From Octopus vulgaris (lineage: Eukaryota): 64,000 nucleotides of DNA. The position numbers were made by a program, and so were the translations under genes. The stretch's first letter is position 1; each line of letters starts with the position of its first letter. The stretch spans positions 130,324,001 through 130,388,000 of the forward strand of contig OX597815.1 of assembly GCA_951406725.2 (NCBI GenBank), read 5' to 3'. Below the pieces are notes generated by a model. It ran no database searches. It was not told the DNA's origin and saw only the letters and a list, made by a program, of their open reading frames with translations. Shown in pieces: positions 37,687 through 52,165 of the stretch.

Positions 37687-38274
37687 TATCTTAGTGTAGG
37701 TAGGGGATGAAGTCTGGGTTAAGACCCTGAAGATACACTGCACATCTCAGTGGAACAGAGAAACAGTAACGGCTGTTAATTCCAAAATAACGTTTCGGTG
37801 GATGGAATGCCGCGTCACATCTTGGATGTTTGCAGAACTGTCGCTTCGTTGGACGACGAAGGTGGAGAAGGGGAAGAGAACGAGGATCCATTCCTGCGGA
37901 GATCATAGTGCGCGAGGCATCCAACCGAGTGGATAGCAGATCTCAACACGGAGTGAAGAGAAGAGGTGATCTTTGAGATCAGGCGAGTGTGTGGGGATGA
38001 GATGAACCAGAAGGAAAGGGCTGTAGCGTCAACGGCTGAGAAGCCCCAGCGGAACAGGAAGGTGCGAGAGATGAAGTGAGGGGAACAAGACTAGGATCGT
38101 ACTCTTTCGGCCTGGGGCAGTGGTGGTGAACGAGCGAACGATTGGTACTAGTAGCTGCTAACGTTAGGTAAGTTGGGAATGGTACGTGTTTAGACTTAAC
38201 AGAGCTGGACAACCAACTACGAGAGGTAGGTGAACCGTATTTTGTTCCCCGCATTACAGTGCCCTCATACCACA
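34613..38274 (+). mobile_element. Second decayed Gypsy-like LTR retrotransposon of the same lineage (element P2), inserted in a SINE B fragment
   Basis: LTRs 34613-34889 and 37990-38274 (TGTGG...CCACA); TSD atgtc/gtgtc; gag/PR (LVDTGC)/RT/RH/IN remnants homologous to P1, with an internal RT deletion. Confidence 0.9.
34890..34901 (+). promoter_or_regulatory. Atypical primer-binding site AGCTATTTCGGC (complement of tRNA-Phe nt 1-12)
   Basis: Lies immediately after the 5' LTR of P2; identical to the P1 site. Confidence 0.8.
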
Positions 38275-38559
38275 GTGTCACGTAGTGGGATTGAACTCAG
38301 AAGCAAGGGGTTGCAAAGCGAGCTGCCAAATCACAAAGCCACCCCAATATAATAATAATAATAATAACAATAATAATAATAATAAAATGACAGAAACTAC
38401 CGAAATAAACAAAATTAAAGCAAGAAAGATAGAATAAATTACTATACTGAAACTTCAGCTTCATCGTGGTATAAACGTAGTTTCCCAAAATAAACGCGTG
38501 TGTTTAAAATAAGAAAAACTGCAAATATTTTTGCATCAGCTTAATACTTTAGATACTAC

Positions 38560-38677
38560 GGTAAATTTTCAGATTTCAGGTTAACACCCGCACGATTTTC
38601 ACCCCGCAAAAATCAGATTTTTTGCGTGGAATCAAGTACCCTGACCTCCTAATATGCTGCAAATCTGAAAATTTACC
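38560..38677. mobile_element. Small MITE with perfect 17-bp TIRs
   Basis: ggtaaattttcagattt ... aaatctgaaaatttacc; no TSD found. Confidence 0.6.
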
Positions 38678-38984
38678 AAAATGTATACACACCCAAGTTT
38701 AGTCTCTCCAATTACTTCTACGAACGGTATATATATATGTATATGTATGTGTGTGTGTGTGTGTGTGTAGTATATTTTATTCCGTTCGTAGTGATCAAAA
38801 TATTGGGTTATCGTTGCACTCCACTACACAAAATACGAGATTAAAGACGACATAAGAGTAAAGCACATACTAACAACACCGACAAATAACAATTACAGCA
38901 TCAATAACAACTTGACAATTACAGACAATTAACAAAATAAGAAGAAAAAAAACTTTAAAATAACTTTAAAATGATTTAAATAAA

Positions 38985-39376
38985 TAACGGCGCGGTTGTT
39001 TAGTTAGTGTTGTAGGAAGACACCAGGGGGCGCCGCGTGTCCCATGCGAAGAGCAACAATAAAGAGGAGGCGGAGGAAGAGGAGGGTGTGGAGTGACGGT
39101 TGAAATGTATATTGCTAGCTTTGTTGCTACTCCTTCTTACTAGTCAGTGCGTGTTTAATTCATACAACCATCACATTAACATCTTCTCATCCGATCGGAT
39201 ATAAATACAGAAATTGCTGGCCGAACAAGAGACGGAATCATTTATTTAACAAAGAAAACTTGCGGTAAAACTGGTGAGGTTTACCAAAAGAAGGCAGCTT
39301 AGATTGTTATTTGTTATTTTGTTTTGTTCAATTCCACCCCTAAAAATATTTGCGAAAAATTTATAAACAATCAAAC
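38985..39376 (+). promoter_or_regulatory. Putative promoter/5' UTR of a host gene
   Basis: Repeat-free, locally CpG/GC-rich patch (ggcgcgg, ggggcgccgcg, ggcggagg) at the boundary between CpG-retaining and CpG-depleted DNA. Confidence 0.4.
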
Positions 39377-39432
39377 ATGAGCGAAGCTGGAACATCGTCA
39401 TCGCCTGATGTTGAAGATGAAAACAGGAATAG
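39377..39432 (+). CDS. Putative first coding exon of an unidentified host gene (MSEAGTSSSPDVEDENRN...)
   Basis: aaacATG context, an N-terminus-like peptide and an AG|GTGTGT donor; no further exon recognised in the window. Confidence 0.4.
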
Positions 39433-42400
39433 GTGTGTATAGATTTATATATAAATGTTTTACTGTTTGGATGTTGATATTGTTGTCATGCATGTCCAAT
39501 ATCGAGATTGCATATTTACCACTTCGCTGGAAGAATGTTATGTATTTCTCTGCGAGCAAAACAAAGACGAAAATCAATTTTAGTTCTGTTATGTTATCAC
39601 GTTATATGTATGTTTGTATGTACTGTATCAGCTAAATATATATATGTACTCTTTGTTTTTGTGTAAAGTTAGATATAAAAACAGATGAACATTAAATTGG
39701 GAAATTACTCAGTGCCTTTTTAGTTGAGTACCGTGTTCATTAATTTTTTATAAAGGAAAGGTCGACTGTGACTGCGAAGTTTCGGTTGTCTAACTAACAC
39801 TTAGCAGACAATCTGCCGACGGTTAATAAACCGGGACTTCGAAGTTATAGTCAACGTTTACCTTGTAAAAATCAACTGTTACGTATGTGCAGGTGTAAAT
39901 GTATGCATGCATATGTGTTTATGTGTGTGTGTATGTGTATAATATATATCCATATGTAAATATACGTACACACACACACAGCATATGTATAATATACTTG
40001 TTTCATTATATGAGGTACATATGTATGTATATCTCTATACATATATGTCTATAATGTATGGGCATGTATTTATATGTATATATGTGTGTATATATGTTTG
40101 TATTACTACTTAAGTCTTTCACTCCCTATAAAACATACGCTAAGGATAACTTGTTCTCACCTCTGGGCTGTCTTTTCTTCTGCCTAATTGGATCCCTGCT
40201 CTTTCAGCTCTGTCTCAAGATCCCATTCCTAGTTATTTCCTTCCGCTTCCCTTGTTGGTTAATTTTGGGATTTTCTACTGATGGTCAGAACGGGAGTCGG
40301 TCCTGTAGCTTCCTTTCAGATTATGCTACACCTCATTTCTCTTAGGAAAGGCCTTCCTCTCCTAATTTTTTTATTTTTTGTGGTTTTTAATTGTCATCGA
40401 TGTTTCGGTAACTACTTCTTTTTCTAGATGGGGGTGTTGGCCCTATGCAATCCCATTTTTATCTCTAAGAAGAAGTGGTCCATATTAGTCTAGCCTCTAT
40501 CCTTTGTCCTTTCAGCATGCGTGGTCCTACCTGGAGCTTGCATTCCGCCAGTATGTAGCTCTCAGTAGCATTAACGTATACAAGCCAGCACACTGCAATA
40601 AGGACTGGACATTGCGGTGTCTGTGTGTTTGTGAGTGTGTGTGCATACACGCATGTCTGTATGTATGTATGCATGTATGGAAGATCATCTTCCATGCTGC
40701 CATAGGTTGGTTAGCTTATCCAACGAATCAAAGGACCGCTATGCTCCAATGCCTGGTTTCAGCAGCTGGATGGCCTTCCAGATGCCAGCCACTTTACATA
40801 GCTTACAGGGTGCTTTTTGCTTGGCACCTGCGCAAGTGAGGCTGGTTGTTTTGCAAGACGAATAGAGTAAAGTTTTCCCTATAGCTGAAAGAGAATAGGA
40901 AAAAGAGGCTGCAATAATTCTAGGCACGGTGATGAGATAGGATAATGTAATGTGAGAGGAATAGATTTATAGTTGTGAGAGGGCAGTTGTGGAGAGTAAC
41001 AGAGTAGACACGTTTGAGGGAGGGAGGGAGTATTGCAGGGAACAGAGGAAGGATGGAGTTGTAAGGTGATGAGGTGAGTTGTGGAGAGAAGGATCCAGAG
41101 TTATTCTATGTTATAAGGGTGGAAGATGTGAGGGACGGCTGCACAAGAAAGAGAGACAGAGATGACAGTGAAGTCACGTCCTGAAAGTGACCTGCAGGGA
41201 TGGGCCAGAGTGGGGTTTTGAAGTGGCAGACAAGCTGTGGGGAGTTGCCAATAGGAGAAATTGAGGTAGACACTCAGCTTATCACTACTATCTTTATCTT
41301 TTTCTAGCTCCACCTTGATCACCCCACCCATCCTTTCTTCTAAAATATGAGTAGTAATGTCACTCCTCCACAGCAGGAAACCTCTTCTTCTCTGGCCCCT
41401 TCTTTCATACTTTAACCCTTCATCTCCTTGCATAAAGCCACTTCCCTTGGGGTTCATGGTCTTGCTAGTTGCATTATGATTTCACTGGTGCTGGTGGCGT
41501 GAATAGAAGCACCCAGTACATGCTGTAAAGAGACTGGTATTAGAAATGGTATCCAGCTGTAGAAACTTTTGAAGTACGATGCAATCTTGAGATTTTGTCA
41601 AACCATTCAAATGATTACAGCATGGAACAGGGACATGAAATGGTGGTTTTAGCTTTTATTTGTTTGTCATTAGACTGTGGCCATGCTGGGGCACTGCCTT
41701 GATGGATTTTAGCATGAATTGACCACAGTACAAACTTTTTAAGCCTGATACTTATTCTATCAGTTTCTTTCACATATAAAGAAAATTTAAACACTATATA
41801 TTTTAACTCAGAAGACACCTGGCAAAGCCAAAAAAAATATGAATAAAAAATTTGGCAGTTAATGGATTAATAACTATAACATTTACAGAACAAATGGCTC
41901 AACATACGTAGCATAGAGTCAAATGTTTATTTAGAGAAAAAAAAAAAAAAAAAGATGAATTGATTGTGTTATTGAATTTTTACCATTTCATAAAACTCTT
42001 TGGTGGATGCACATGTGTGAAGTGTGAGTGTGTGGTCCAACTCAGGTCAGTAAGGAGCTTAGATGTTGAAATGATGTATGGCCAGCAAGTGGTTAAATTC
42101 TGTTGTAAAGGAAGACTCATCCTTAGGTATAGGGATAAGTTGAAACAATCATTAAAATCCTTACAGCTAAATTTGGAGAAGTTATTTCCTAGATCAATTT
42201 CAGTGATATAAAATGTGTTACAATGCAATTTAACAACTTTAGTTGAAGAAACAGAAAATTAAGAGAATTGGCCGTCAACAGCCATATTTGTTCAATCCTA
42301 AACAAAATCAAAACCATCATTGTCCCCATTGTGACTTCATAGCAAAATCCATAGAGAGGCCCAAATTATGTTCATGCATTCATTGCAAATAGATTCAGGT

Positions 42401-43299
42401 TTTTTTATTTTTAATCCCTTTTTTTTAAAAAATCCTTTTCTTCAAACATTCCTATGTCAAAATTGACCAGAGTCACCATTATATGTGTTTGTGTGTGTGT
42501 GTTGGTGTTGTGTGTATTTATCATTGAGTGTGTGTGTGTGTGTATGTAATTTAATCACTGAAATTGAATATTCATTAAGCTTTTTCAGAATTAAACATGT
42601 TTGAATGATTAAGTGTTTTTTTCCCCTCATAACAACTGCAAATTAATGGAATTTAGCTAGTAGAATAATTTGGCTTTGTTCCTTGCTCTCTCTCTCTCTC
42701 TCTACCCCATGTTACCCTTTATACAGGGTGCTGCCAAAAAAAACAAAAGAACAAACAAACATCTCCCACATTTTAGAAGTTGACAAACATGAAATATAAG
42801 GAGGCTATTTTGCTGCACCTTGTCCACATCTTTCTCCATAACAGTCTACTGGTGTTGTTAGTCTCTTGATTTTGAGTAAGTTCAACATCTTGCTTGTGAT
42901 AATCACCCTCATACTAACACACAAGAAGACAAAAATAAAATACTAGTTAAGCACAAGCATAGCTGTGTGGTTAGGAAGCTTGCTTCCCAGCCACATGGTT
43001 TCGGGTTCAGACCCATTGCATGGCACCTTGGGCAAGTGTGTTCTGTTATAGCCTTGGGCTGACTGAAATCTTGTCATTTTGTAGGCAGAAGTTCCTGTCA
43101 TGTGTGTACATGTGTGTGTAAGTGCTTGTGCCTTCTAACAGAGAGGGAAAGAAAAAAAAAAAAATAAAAAGGCCTGTTTTCAGAATGTATGCTTAGATCT
43201 TTGCTGATGTTTAGAGCAATTTGAATCCATTTAAGTTACTTGGCAGAAACCTATGCTATTCAGGTTCAAATATAACATTTGTGTTGACCTGTCAAACCA

Positions 43300-43532
43300 A
43301 GTGAGACCATAGTTGTGGCCGATGCCAGTGTCAGGTTAATGGCACCTGTACCAGTGATACATAAAAAGCACCCACTACACTCTTGGAGTGGTTGGCATTA
43401 GGAAGGGCGTCCAGCTGTAAAAACTTTGCGAAATCAGACTGGAACCTGGTGCAGCCCCCCTAGCTTACCAGTTTTCAGTCAAACTTTCCAACCCATGCCA
43501 GCATGGAAAGTAGATGTTAAACGATGATGATG
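43300..43532 (+). mobile_element. Interspersed repeat family C (ending in (gat)n)
   Basis: Motif aaaagcacccactacactct.ggagtggttggcattaggaagggcatccagctgtagaaac; other copies at about 46800-46995, 50690-50800, 57805-57995, 59550-59850, 61700-62075 and 54075-54620 (-). Confidence 0.75.
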
Positions 43533-44075
43533 TGATACTTTATTTTTAGAATTACACAGTTACATTTTTGGATAGATGTGAGAAGACTGATCTGGCTGGT
43601 TTGAACATAAAACAGGTAGAATATTTGGGTTGGATGTGACCAGTTTAAATGCTGGCGGGTTAACTCAGGAAAGCTGTAAATTTACCAAGATACCACTAAA
43701 GATTCATTAGATACATCTTAGTTTACAAATGACATGCAACTAAACAGCTAACAATGCTTATCCATTTAAGATAAACATTGAAACTGTTTATAAAATAGCT
43801 GTAGTTAAAAATAACAAATCATGCTGATAAATAAACCAAAGAGATTTCTTTCTTTTGTAGACACTTCACAGACTTTAAATCCAATCTTTGATTCCCGGAA
43901 ATAGTCTGATCTGTTTAGTATCTTCGTTTGACCTGTCATTAATTCATCATTTCAGAATCTATTGTTGCAAATCTTCTCAAACAATCATCCTATCCTTATC
44001 TGATTTTTCCATCTTGTAACAAAAATGGCCATTCACATTTTCATAAGAATAATTGCCTGTTCTAAGTAGATTTAT

Positions 44076-44291
44076 CCCTATCGATACTAACCCAGCTGAA
44101 ACCACCTCTAGCTCTGTAGTACAAATGTTTTGTTTCCATAAGTTTTGAATTAAAATCTTCCACCAAACCTTAGTCGCAATTTATGTTCCTAATACTAGCT
44201 GAATGAAGTTATTTTACTAAATTCTTTGTTATATTTAAAATTAATTGAAAGAAACACAGAGCATCTCAAAATAAATACAGTAACGAAAGGG
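44076..44291. mobile_element. piggyBac-like MITE
   Basis: CCCT...AGGG|TTAA end; homologous to 47227-47435. Confidence 0.7.
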
Positions 44292-45569
44292 TTAACCCTT
44301 TCATTACCGTATTTATTTAAACTGGTTAAACTAACAATATTTTCTTAATTCTTGTTCTCAGCATGTAACTTATTCCTGCCAATTATTGCTGTTTCATAGA
44401 CTACTTTGCATTGTACATAGGTGAAGATGTAGCCATGTAGTTAAGAAATTTGCTTCCTTGTCATGTAGTTTTGAGTTCAGTCCTACTGCGCAGCATCTTG
44501 GGCAAATTTCTTTTACTATAGTCCTGTGCCAAGCATGACCTTGTGAGTTGATTAGGTAGACAGAAACTGAAAGAATCTTGTCTTACACACACACATACAC
44601 CATATATATGTATGTCTGTCTTGATATCAGTTGGCAGTTGTAATTCAGTTTCACTGTCACTATCCTGTAAGAAATATCATTCATTTCTAATCTTCTATGA
44701 AAACATGTCTGGTGAAGGGGAAATATTACCTTGCTTGGAAATGAGAGAAGGTTAGCAACAGGAAAGGCATCCTGGTCATAGAAAATCTGCCTCAATAAAC
44801 TCCATCTGACACATGCAAGCATGAGTGGACCTTAAAAAGATGGTATTAATTGGTTGGTTGTACATGAACTTAGCTGTTGTTGTTATTTAACCCCAGGTCA
44901 ACCCTGATTGAGAATACCTATGATCAAAGGTATTAAAGTTGTGACTAACCTGATCATTTTCATACCACCAACTGAAATGGACTATGTTGTTCAGTATGTC
45001 TTATTTTAAAAATTGTAAGAAGGTGGTTTGAAAGGTTTCTAGCTGGTCTATCTTTGTAAACCACTTGTATTAGGAAGTCTTTATAAGGAATTGTTGCGAA
45101 ACATGTATGAAACTGTAGAATGATTCATTTAGAAGGCAAATAACAGCACAGCTGGGTTAGAGAAAGATTACAAGATTTCATGAAATCTAGATTCCCACAT
45201 TTACTCTTGATTTCAGGAAGAGGAACATTATGTGGCCTCACCACCACCACCACCTTTAGAGTATATGTGTGTATATGTGTGTGTGTAAGATAAAGGATTA
45301 ACCCTTTAGCTTTCAGATTACTTTGTCAAATATATGGTTTATTTATTCCTATTGTTTTGAATTAATCAAACATTACTGTGTAGCTTTGAGATTTTCATAA
45401 TCTTATTGCTTATTTTTAGGACATTGTAGGGCAGGTGTGAGAGGCTTGATCTAGCTGGTTTGAATAGAAAACAGGTAGAATATTTGGCCTGGATCCGGCT
45501 GATCTGAATTTTAGTGAGCATTGGAGTGATATCAGATTTATCAGTTCTAGGTGGGGAGGGGGAATCTGA

Positions 45570-45865
45570 AAGGGTTCTCAGTAGTGTTGGTAGAGGGGCT
45601 CCGAAAGGGGTCTCAGAAAATAGCATAGGTAGGGTGGGCTCTGAAAAGAGTCTCAGGAAGTAGCGTATGTAGAGGGGCTCCAAAAATGGTCTCAGGGCAT
45701 CGTGTAGGTAGAGGGGCTCCAAAAGGGGTCTCAGGGAGTAGCGTAGGTAGGGGAGCTCCAAAAGGGATCTCAGGGAGTAGCATAGGTAGGGGAGCTTCAA
45801 AAGGGGTCTCAGGGAGTAGCGTAGGTGGTGGGGGGCTATGAAAGGGGTCTTAGGGAGTAGCGTCC
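45570..45865. repeat. ~39-bp G-rich minisatellite, about 7 copies
   Basis: Unit gtagcgtaggtagaggggctccaaaaggggtctcaggga. Confidence 0.9.
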
Positions 45866-47226
45866 CTGCCTTCCTGAGTTGTTTTCCACCACATTTCTTA
45901 AAAATCGTGGTAGAGGCTTTGGTCTCGGGACCACTGATGTCCAGAAACATGATAGGTGAAAGTCCGCAAAGTAGAAACAGTACTGTATATTTTTTTACTG
46001 TTGTTTTTATAATTTGTATGTATTTATTTTATTATAAATGCAAAACAACACCACAGAGGAATTGAAGTAAGCTTAAATAATAAATTGCCTTAGGTGAACT
46101 GCGATATGGTGAGTGATTACTTTGTATATATATGTGTGTGTGTATATATATACATATACATTTATATGTTGTGGGGTCCTGTCCCAATGTTAGTAAACAT
46201 TATTTAATCAAAAAGCAGGAGAAGCCATGACCTTTGTAGTGGGCCTTGTTGCACATGTTGATAGGGGAAAGAGGGTGCTCTTCACTTTTGTAACAGGTCT
46301 TCTCGACAGGTTGATACAACAGATGAGGGTGAGGTGACCTTTACTGAGTAGGAAGTAGCAGCATGTTAGCAGGGGAGATGTTTAAAATGCCCCAAGGGAC
46401 TTCTTGAAGGTTAATTAGTCCTTAGCCTTGATTTTTATGGCTAAGTTGAGAATCAGTCTCAGAACAAAGAAGGAATGTGTATCTATTGAAGCAGTGGTTC
46501 TCAAATCAACAAATACCAAGTCCTCCCTTCAAACATTAATGAAAGGTTTGCCCTTCACCCTTGTCTTCACTTTATTAATGTGGAAAGTAAATAGTTTCCC
46601 TCTCTTTATCTTACACTCTAACTCATTCTCCCTTCCCTCCCAACTGGGGAATTCATGTATCTGCTGCAAGATTCCTATCTCTGTTCCTCTATACCTTTAA
46701 TCTCTCAACTGGCACGAAGCCTTACCCCATACTACCCCTCAATCCCATTTGAGGGAGTCTTTGCCCTTTTATTTTCCTTTTGCAAGGTATTTAGTAACCC
46801 AGTCAATGCTGGTGCTGCATAAAAAGCATCCAGTACACTTTGTAAAGTGGTTGGCATCAGGAAGGGCATCCAGCTGTAGAAACGATGCCAAAACAGACAA
46901 TGGAGCCTGGTATGGCTCTCAGCCTCACCAGCTCCTGTCAAACTTTCCAACCCATGCCAACATGGAAAACAGGTGTTAAGTCATAAAGATGATGATCTGT
47001 ATGAGTGCTCTTTCTTGACTGTGATGTTTGGACAAGTTTAAAACATCAAACCCTGTTAATTTTAGCAACTCTTTTGTTTCAGTATTTCTGATGAAATAAT
47101 TATCTTAGTTTCATTTAATTTTGAAATTATTGAAGGATTTATTGAAATAACTTTGTCATTTTTAAGCTGGTGTTTAGAACATAAATCATGAAATTTTGAT
47201 GGAAGGTTTTATTTTGATCCCTTTAA

Positions 47227-47435
47227 CCCTTTTTGATACCAACCCAGCTGGCTCTGTAGTACAGATGTCTTGTTTACAAAAGTTCTGAATTAAAATCTTC
47301 CACCAAACCCTAGTCATAATTTATGTTCCTAACACTAGCTTAATAATAACAAAGTTATTTTCTTAACTTTATTATATTTAAAATTAATTGAAGGAAACAC
47401 ACAACATCTTCAACAGAAATATGGTATCAAAAGGG
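47227..47435. mobile_element. piggyBac-like MITE
   Basis: TTAA|CCCTTTTTGATACC ... GGTATCAAAAGGG|TTAA. Confidence 0.85.
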
Positions 47436-48362
47436 TTAAAACAGGAAGTTTGTATCATAGAACTTGGGGTAGTCTCAGGTGAGTTAATGATGTTAATTTC
47501 TCTGTCCTCACTTCTCCCTCTCCTCCTCACACATAGGAAACACTGTATTAAAGTCCAGTGCTTCACTAGTACATTATTTTATCAATTCCAGAAAGATGAA
47601 AGTCATAGTTGACCACATTTACCTACATAGCTCAGTAGGTGGAACATCAGGTATTTATGGTCAGGCTTGTATATAGATAAACAATATCTTGTATAAAGCC
47701 ATTGTGCTGTTAAAATGTCTCATAATCACACAGGGGAGTTTTAATAGTCAATGATTATCTCTGGTTTCATTGCTTGAAATGTGACATAGTTTATTGGATA
47801 CAGTGTCATTCCGTACAAGTACCTACTCCCATGGGATTTGGGGCCTGTTCACATCATCTAAATAAACAGAGGTGTGTATAGTGAAGTGTTATTGACTAAA
47901 TGTATGTAACAAAGCTCTTGGTAAGGGTTTGAATTAAAGAGCTTCGTACTCATTCATTCCGGAATCTGCAATAAAGTGGTGATGGTCATGGTGATTGATA
48001 GTTTTGATAAGTCTATGGTGCTAATAAGTCTATCATGGTCCAAATTCTCAGAAATATTTCATTTGCTACTTGCCATTACCTAGGTGATCTAACTAGTAAT
48101 GTGAGCCAATGAAGGAGCCTCTGTTCTCTTGCTAGATATAGCAGTCCATACTTATCTTGAAGCAGACATTGCTTTTCTAAAAGGAGATTATCTTAAATGC
48201 ATTGTCTGAGAAAAAGTTGGGATAGTCATGGTTGCAGCACTTTTGATTCCAGGCCTGCTGGATCAGAGTCAACCTAGTGCTGAACAACAATTTGAGCTGA
48301 AAGTGATTGTACTGGGCGCGAAATGCTTAAAGAGCTGTTATTCATGTTAGCAACAAACGGTT

Positions 48363-48404
<42 letters not shown>

Positions 48405-49593
48405 GAACATAGACTGTGTGAACCATGTGTATAGAATGTAATGCTGTATGGTAGTGAGGCATGCAGCATTGAATGAGGGAAAATCTGTCTAGGCTAGAGA
48501 GAAGAGTTGTGTATGTGAATCACTGGGCATGTAACATTAGCCAATATGGAAGATTGAACAGAAATGAGTTTAGAGAATAGTTTTGATGAAAAATATTGGT
48601 CAATATATATACTACAAGAAGGAAAGGCAGAATTGTTAACATACTTTGTTGCATTTCATCCACTGAGTTCAAATTCCATCGAGGTTGACTTTGTCTTTTA
48701 TCCTTTCAAGGTCAATAAATAAATATCGATCGAGCACTGGGGTCGATGTAATTGACTTACCCCTCCCCCAAAATTGCTGGCCTTGTGCCAAAATTTGAGA
48801 CCGGTATATATGGAAGAGACTTGGATGATGAATGCTGGGTGAAAACTTTGCTGTGTTCACGGCAGAGTAAGACATGGAAAGTAGAACCTCAAAAATGAGA
48901 TTGAGGATTAGATGAGTGTCCACATAGTGTACAGCAGACAGGTCTACTCTGTAAAACAAAAAAAAAACTTGCACTCTGTCAGTTATGATGACAAGGGATT
49001 CAGTTGGACTGATCAATGGAACAACCTACTTGTGGAATTAATGTGCAAGTGGCTGAGCTCTCCACAGACAGATGTACCTTTGATGTAGTTCCCAGGTAGA
49101 TTCAGCATGACACAAAATATGACAAGGTTGGCCCCTTTGAATTACAGGTACAACATATTTTTGCCAGCTGAGTGGACTGGAGCAACATGAAATAAAACAT
49201 CTTGCTCAAGGATACAAAGTGCTGCCAGGAATTGATATTGTGATCTTATGATAATGAGTTGGATATCCTAACCACTAAGTCACATGCCTTCACTCCAAGC
49301 TGTAACAGCATTGAGAAGACCTCATAGTCATCATCGTTTTAATGTCCACTTTTCCATGCTTGCATGGGTCAGATGGAATTTGTTGAGGCAGATTTTCTTT
49401 GCTAGATGCCCTTACTGTTGCTAACCCTTACTTTCTCCAAGCAAGGTAATATTTCCCCATGGCCAGACATGTTTTTATGGAAGATTGGAACTGAAGGACA
49501 TTTCTTACAACTATCACGTGATATCAAAGTATGGAGACAATAAGACACACACACACACGCACACGCACACGCACACACACACACACACACACA

Positions 49594-49810
49594 CAGGGTG
49601 GCTCAAAAGTAGGTTTACAGTTATTCAACTATCTCTTTCGCCACATTCATATGTTAACAGTTTAGATCTTAATTATAAAAAAAATATGAAACGATTATTC
49701 TATGCTAATTTAGTTAGTTGTAAGATGGAAATTTAAATGTAATAAAATGTTTTAAAAGAAATTTAAAGTGCTTACATGATAACTGTAACCCTACTTTTAG
49801 GCCATCCTTT
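49594..49810. mobile_element. Tc1/mariner-like MITE
   Basis: ~30-bp TIRs cagggtggctcaaaagtaggtttacagttat / ataactgtaaccctacttttaggccatcct. Confidence 0.75.
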
Positions 49811-50510
49811 ATATATAATGTGTGTGTGATTATACATATATATATTATATAAGATTGCTATTGAGAGCTATTGGTAACATGTAACCCAGTACAACTTGTC
49901 ACATGGTCAGGTTGTCAGCGACAAAATTGGTAACCATACTAAGCTTGCTTGTTAAAGAGGGTAATTTATTGGACACCCTGTGGGATGAAAAACAGAACCC
50001 ATCAAAGGGCAGAGGAACTTGAGAGGGTGAACAGCCAGCCAATAATGTGAGTATATGTATTCGAGGCAGGTATGCGCCAGGACATAGAAATACTCAGGTT
50101 GGTATCTGAGAGTGCAGTAAGCCCACTGAGAATGAGGACCCCTGGTCTTTGTCAAGGCATCCCTCATCATCGTTTTTAAAGTCCACTTTTCCATGCTTGC
50201 ATGGGTCAGATGGAATTTGTTGAGGCAGATTTTCTTTGCCAGATGCCCTTAGTGTTGCTAACCCTTACTTTCTCCAAGCAAGGTAATATTTCCTCATGGC
50301 TAACTTATATATATAAACCTGCTACTCTACTGAGTGGGATATTTCTTACTTTGCTTGTCTCTAGGTTTCTTGGTATTGATGGCAAGGGTCATTGTGGTGT
50401 TGGGCAAGCCACACTCAGCTGCAAACCCTTGCATGGAGCATTATTGACACATCTGTTAGTGATGATCATGCTCATCTAATTAGTAGACAGCCATCCCTCA
50501 ATCTTGGTCA

Positions 50511-50545
<35 letters not shown>

Positions 50546-51318
50546 GTAACCATGTATCTCATATGCAGCATGACACCTGTTTCTGTCTCTCTGTCATGCT
50601 CTAACCTCATCTGGAACAAGATCATCACCTCCAATGCCACATCCCACCTCAAAGGGTCTTTGTCTTGCAAGTTGCTTAGTGACTCTGCCAGTGCTGGTGC
50701 CATGTAAAATGCATCCAGTCCACACTGTTAAGTGGTTGGTTTTAGGAAGGGCATCTAGCTGTAAAAACCAAGCCAAAAGATCAAAGAATGGTGCAGTTTT
50801 CTGCCAGCTCCTATCAATATATATATATTATCATCATCATCATTTAACGTCCACTTTCCATGCTAGCATATATATGTATATGTGTGTGTGTGTGTTTGTC
50901 CCCACACCATTGCTTGACAACTGATGTTAGTGTATTTATGTATCCGTAATTTAGCAGTTTGGCTAAAAAGCCCAATAGAATAAGTACTGGGCTTAAGCAG
51001 AATAAGTTCTAGGGTTGATTTATTGAGCTAAAGGCGGTGCCCCAGCATGGCCGCAGTCAAATGATTGAAACAAATAAAAGAAAAAAGAATATATCTACTA
51101 TATATTTGTGAAAAGGGCGGACATTGTCTCACAATCACTTGTGCAGGCAAAAGTGTTAGTAAATGTGGTTGGATTGAATTGAAAATTTGCACACCTATAT
51201 TAAAAGTGCTGGGGAGTTTGCATGGCAACTTTGAGTTTGCTCAATTGAAAGGTGTGGCCTCTAGGGCAGAATTCCTCATCTTTAAAATGTGGCCTGAGTA
51301 GACTTGAATGAAATTGGG

Positions 51319-52165
51319 TTAGTTAGTTAGTTAGTTAGTTAATTTGGCTCAAAAGCAAATAGCAAGGCCATGTAGGGGGACATGGAGTTAAGTACAGGGT
51401 GGTGTTCATGTAAAGAGTTCAGGCCACTTGAGGTCAAGGGAGGCTTTGAACAAAGCGGTCGTCGGCATCTTCACCATCTCGTCTGGCAGCTTGTTCCACG
51501 GATCCGCAACCCGGACGGAGAAAGCTCCTCTCCTTCAATTGAGATGAAATCGTTGCAGGTAGAGCTTTTCGGAATGACCCCGCAGCCGACGTTCTGGAGC
51601 AGGAGTGAAGAACAGCTCTTTCGAGAGGTTACACTTTCCGCTTATGATGTTGTGGGCGAGAATGAGATCACCACGGCGGCGGCGTTTTTCAAGAGAATAA
51701 AGGTCGAGCGTCCTCAGCCTTTCTTCATAGGACAAATTTTTGAGACCATGAACCATGCGGGTAGCCAGCTTCTGACTCTTTCGAGATGCTGTATGTCTTT
51801 GAGGAGATAAGGAGAAGAGGCTTGAATCCCGTACTCCAATATGGGTCTCACCAGCGTGACATAGAGTGGTAGGAATATGGCTGCTGTGAGCATTCCGAAT
51901 GACCGTCGAATCAAGAACAGAATTCCGCGTGCTTTGTTGGCAGCATGGACGCACTGGGCTGAAGGCGAAAAGGAGGAATCCACCAAGATACCCAGGTCCT
52001 TTACCTGATCGGTCCTCTCCAGCAGCAGACGACCCGGCTCGAAATCAAGTTGAGTTGCAGGAGGAGAGCCAACAGGCAGATGACAGCACTTTGACACGTT
52101 CAGACACAGGTCCCATTCGTTAGACCACTTCCAAATTTGGTGGAGGCATCGACGAAGATCCTCTA
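51319..52165 (-). mobile_element. 5'-truncated CR1-like LINE (RT C-terminal region, 3' UTR, (TAAC)n tail)
   Basis: LNVSKC..VKDLGILVD..LYVTLVRPILEY..LSYEERLRTLDLYSLEKRRRRGDLI..RLRGH; one frameshift. Confidence 0.9.

Noticed and set aside
45366-45950. 194-aa repetitive ORF
   Set aside because: Open only because the 39-bp minisatellite unit is a multiple of three
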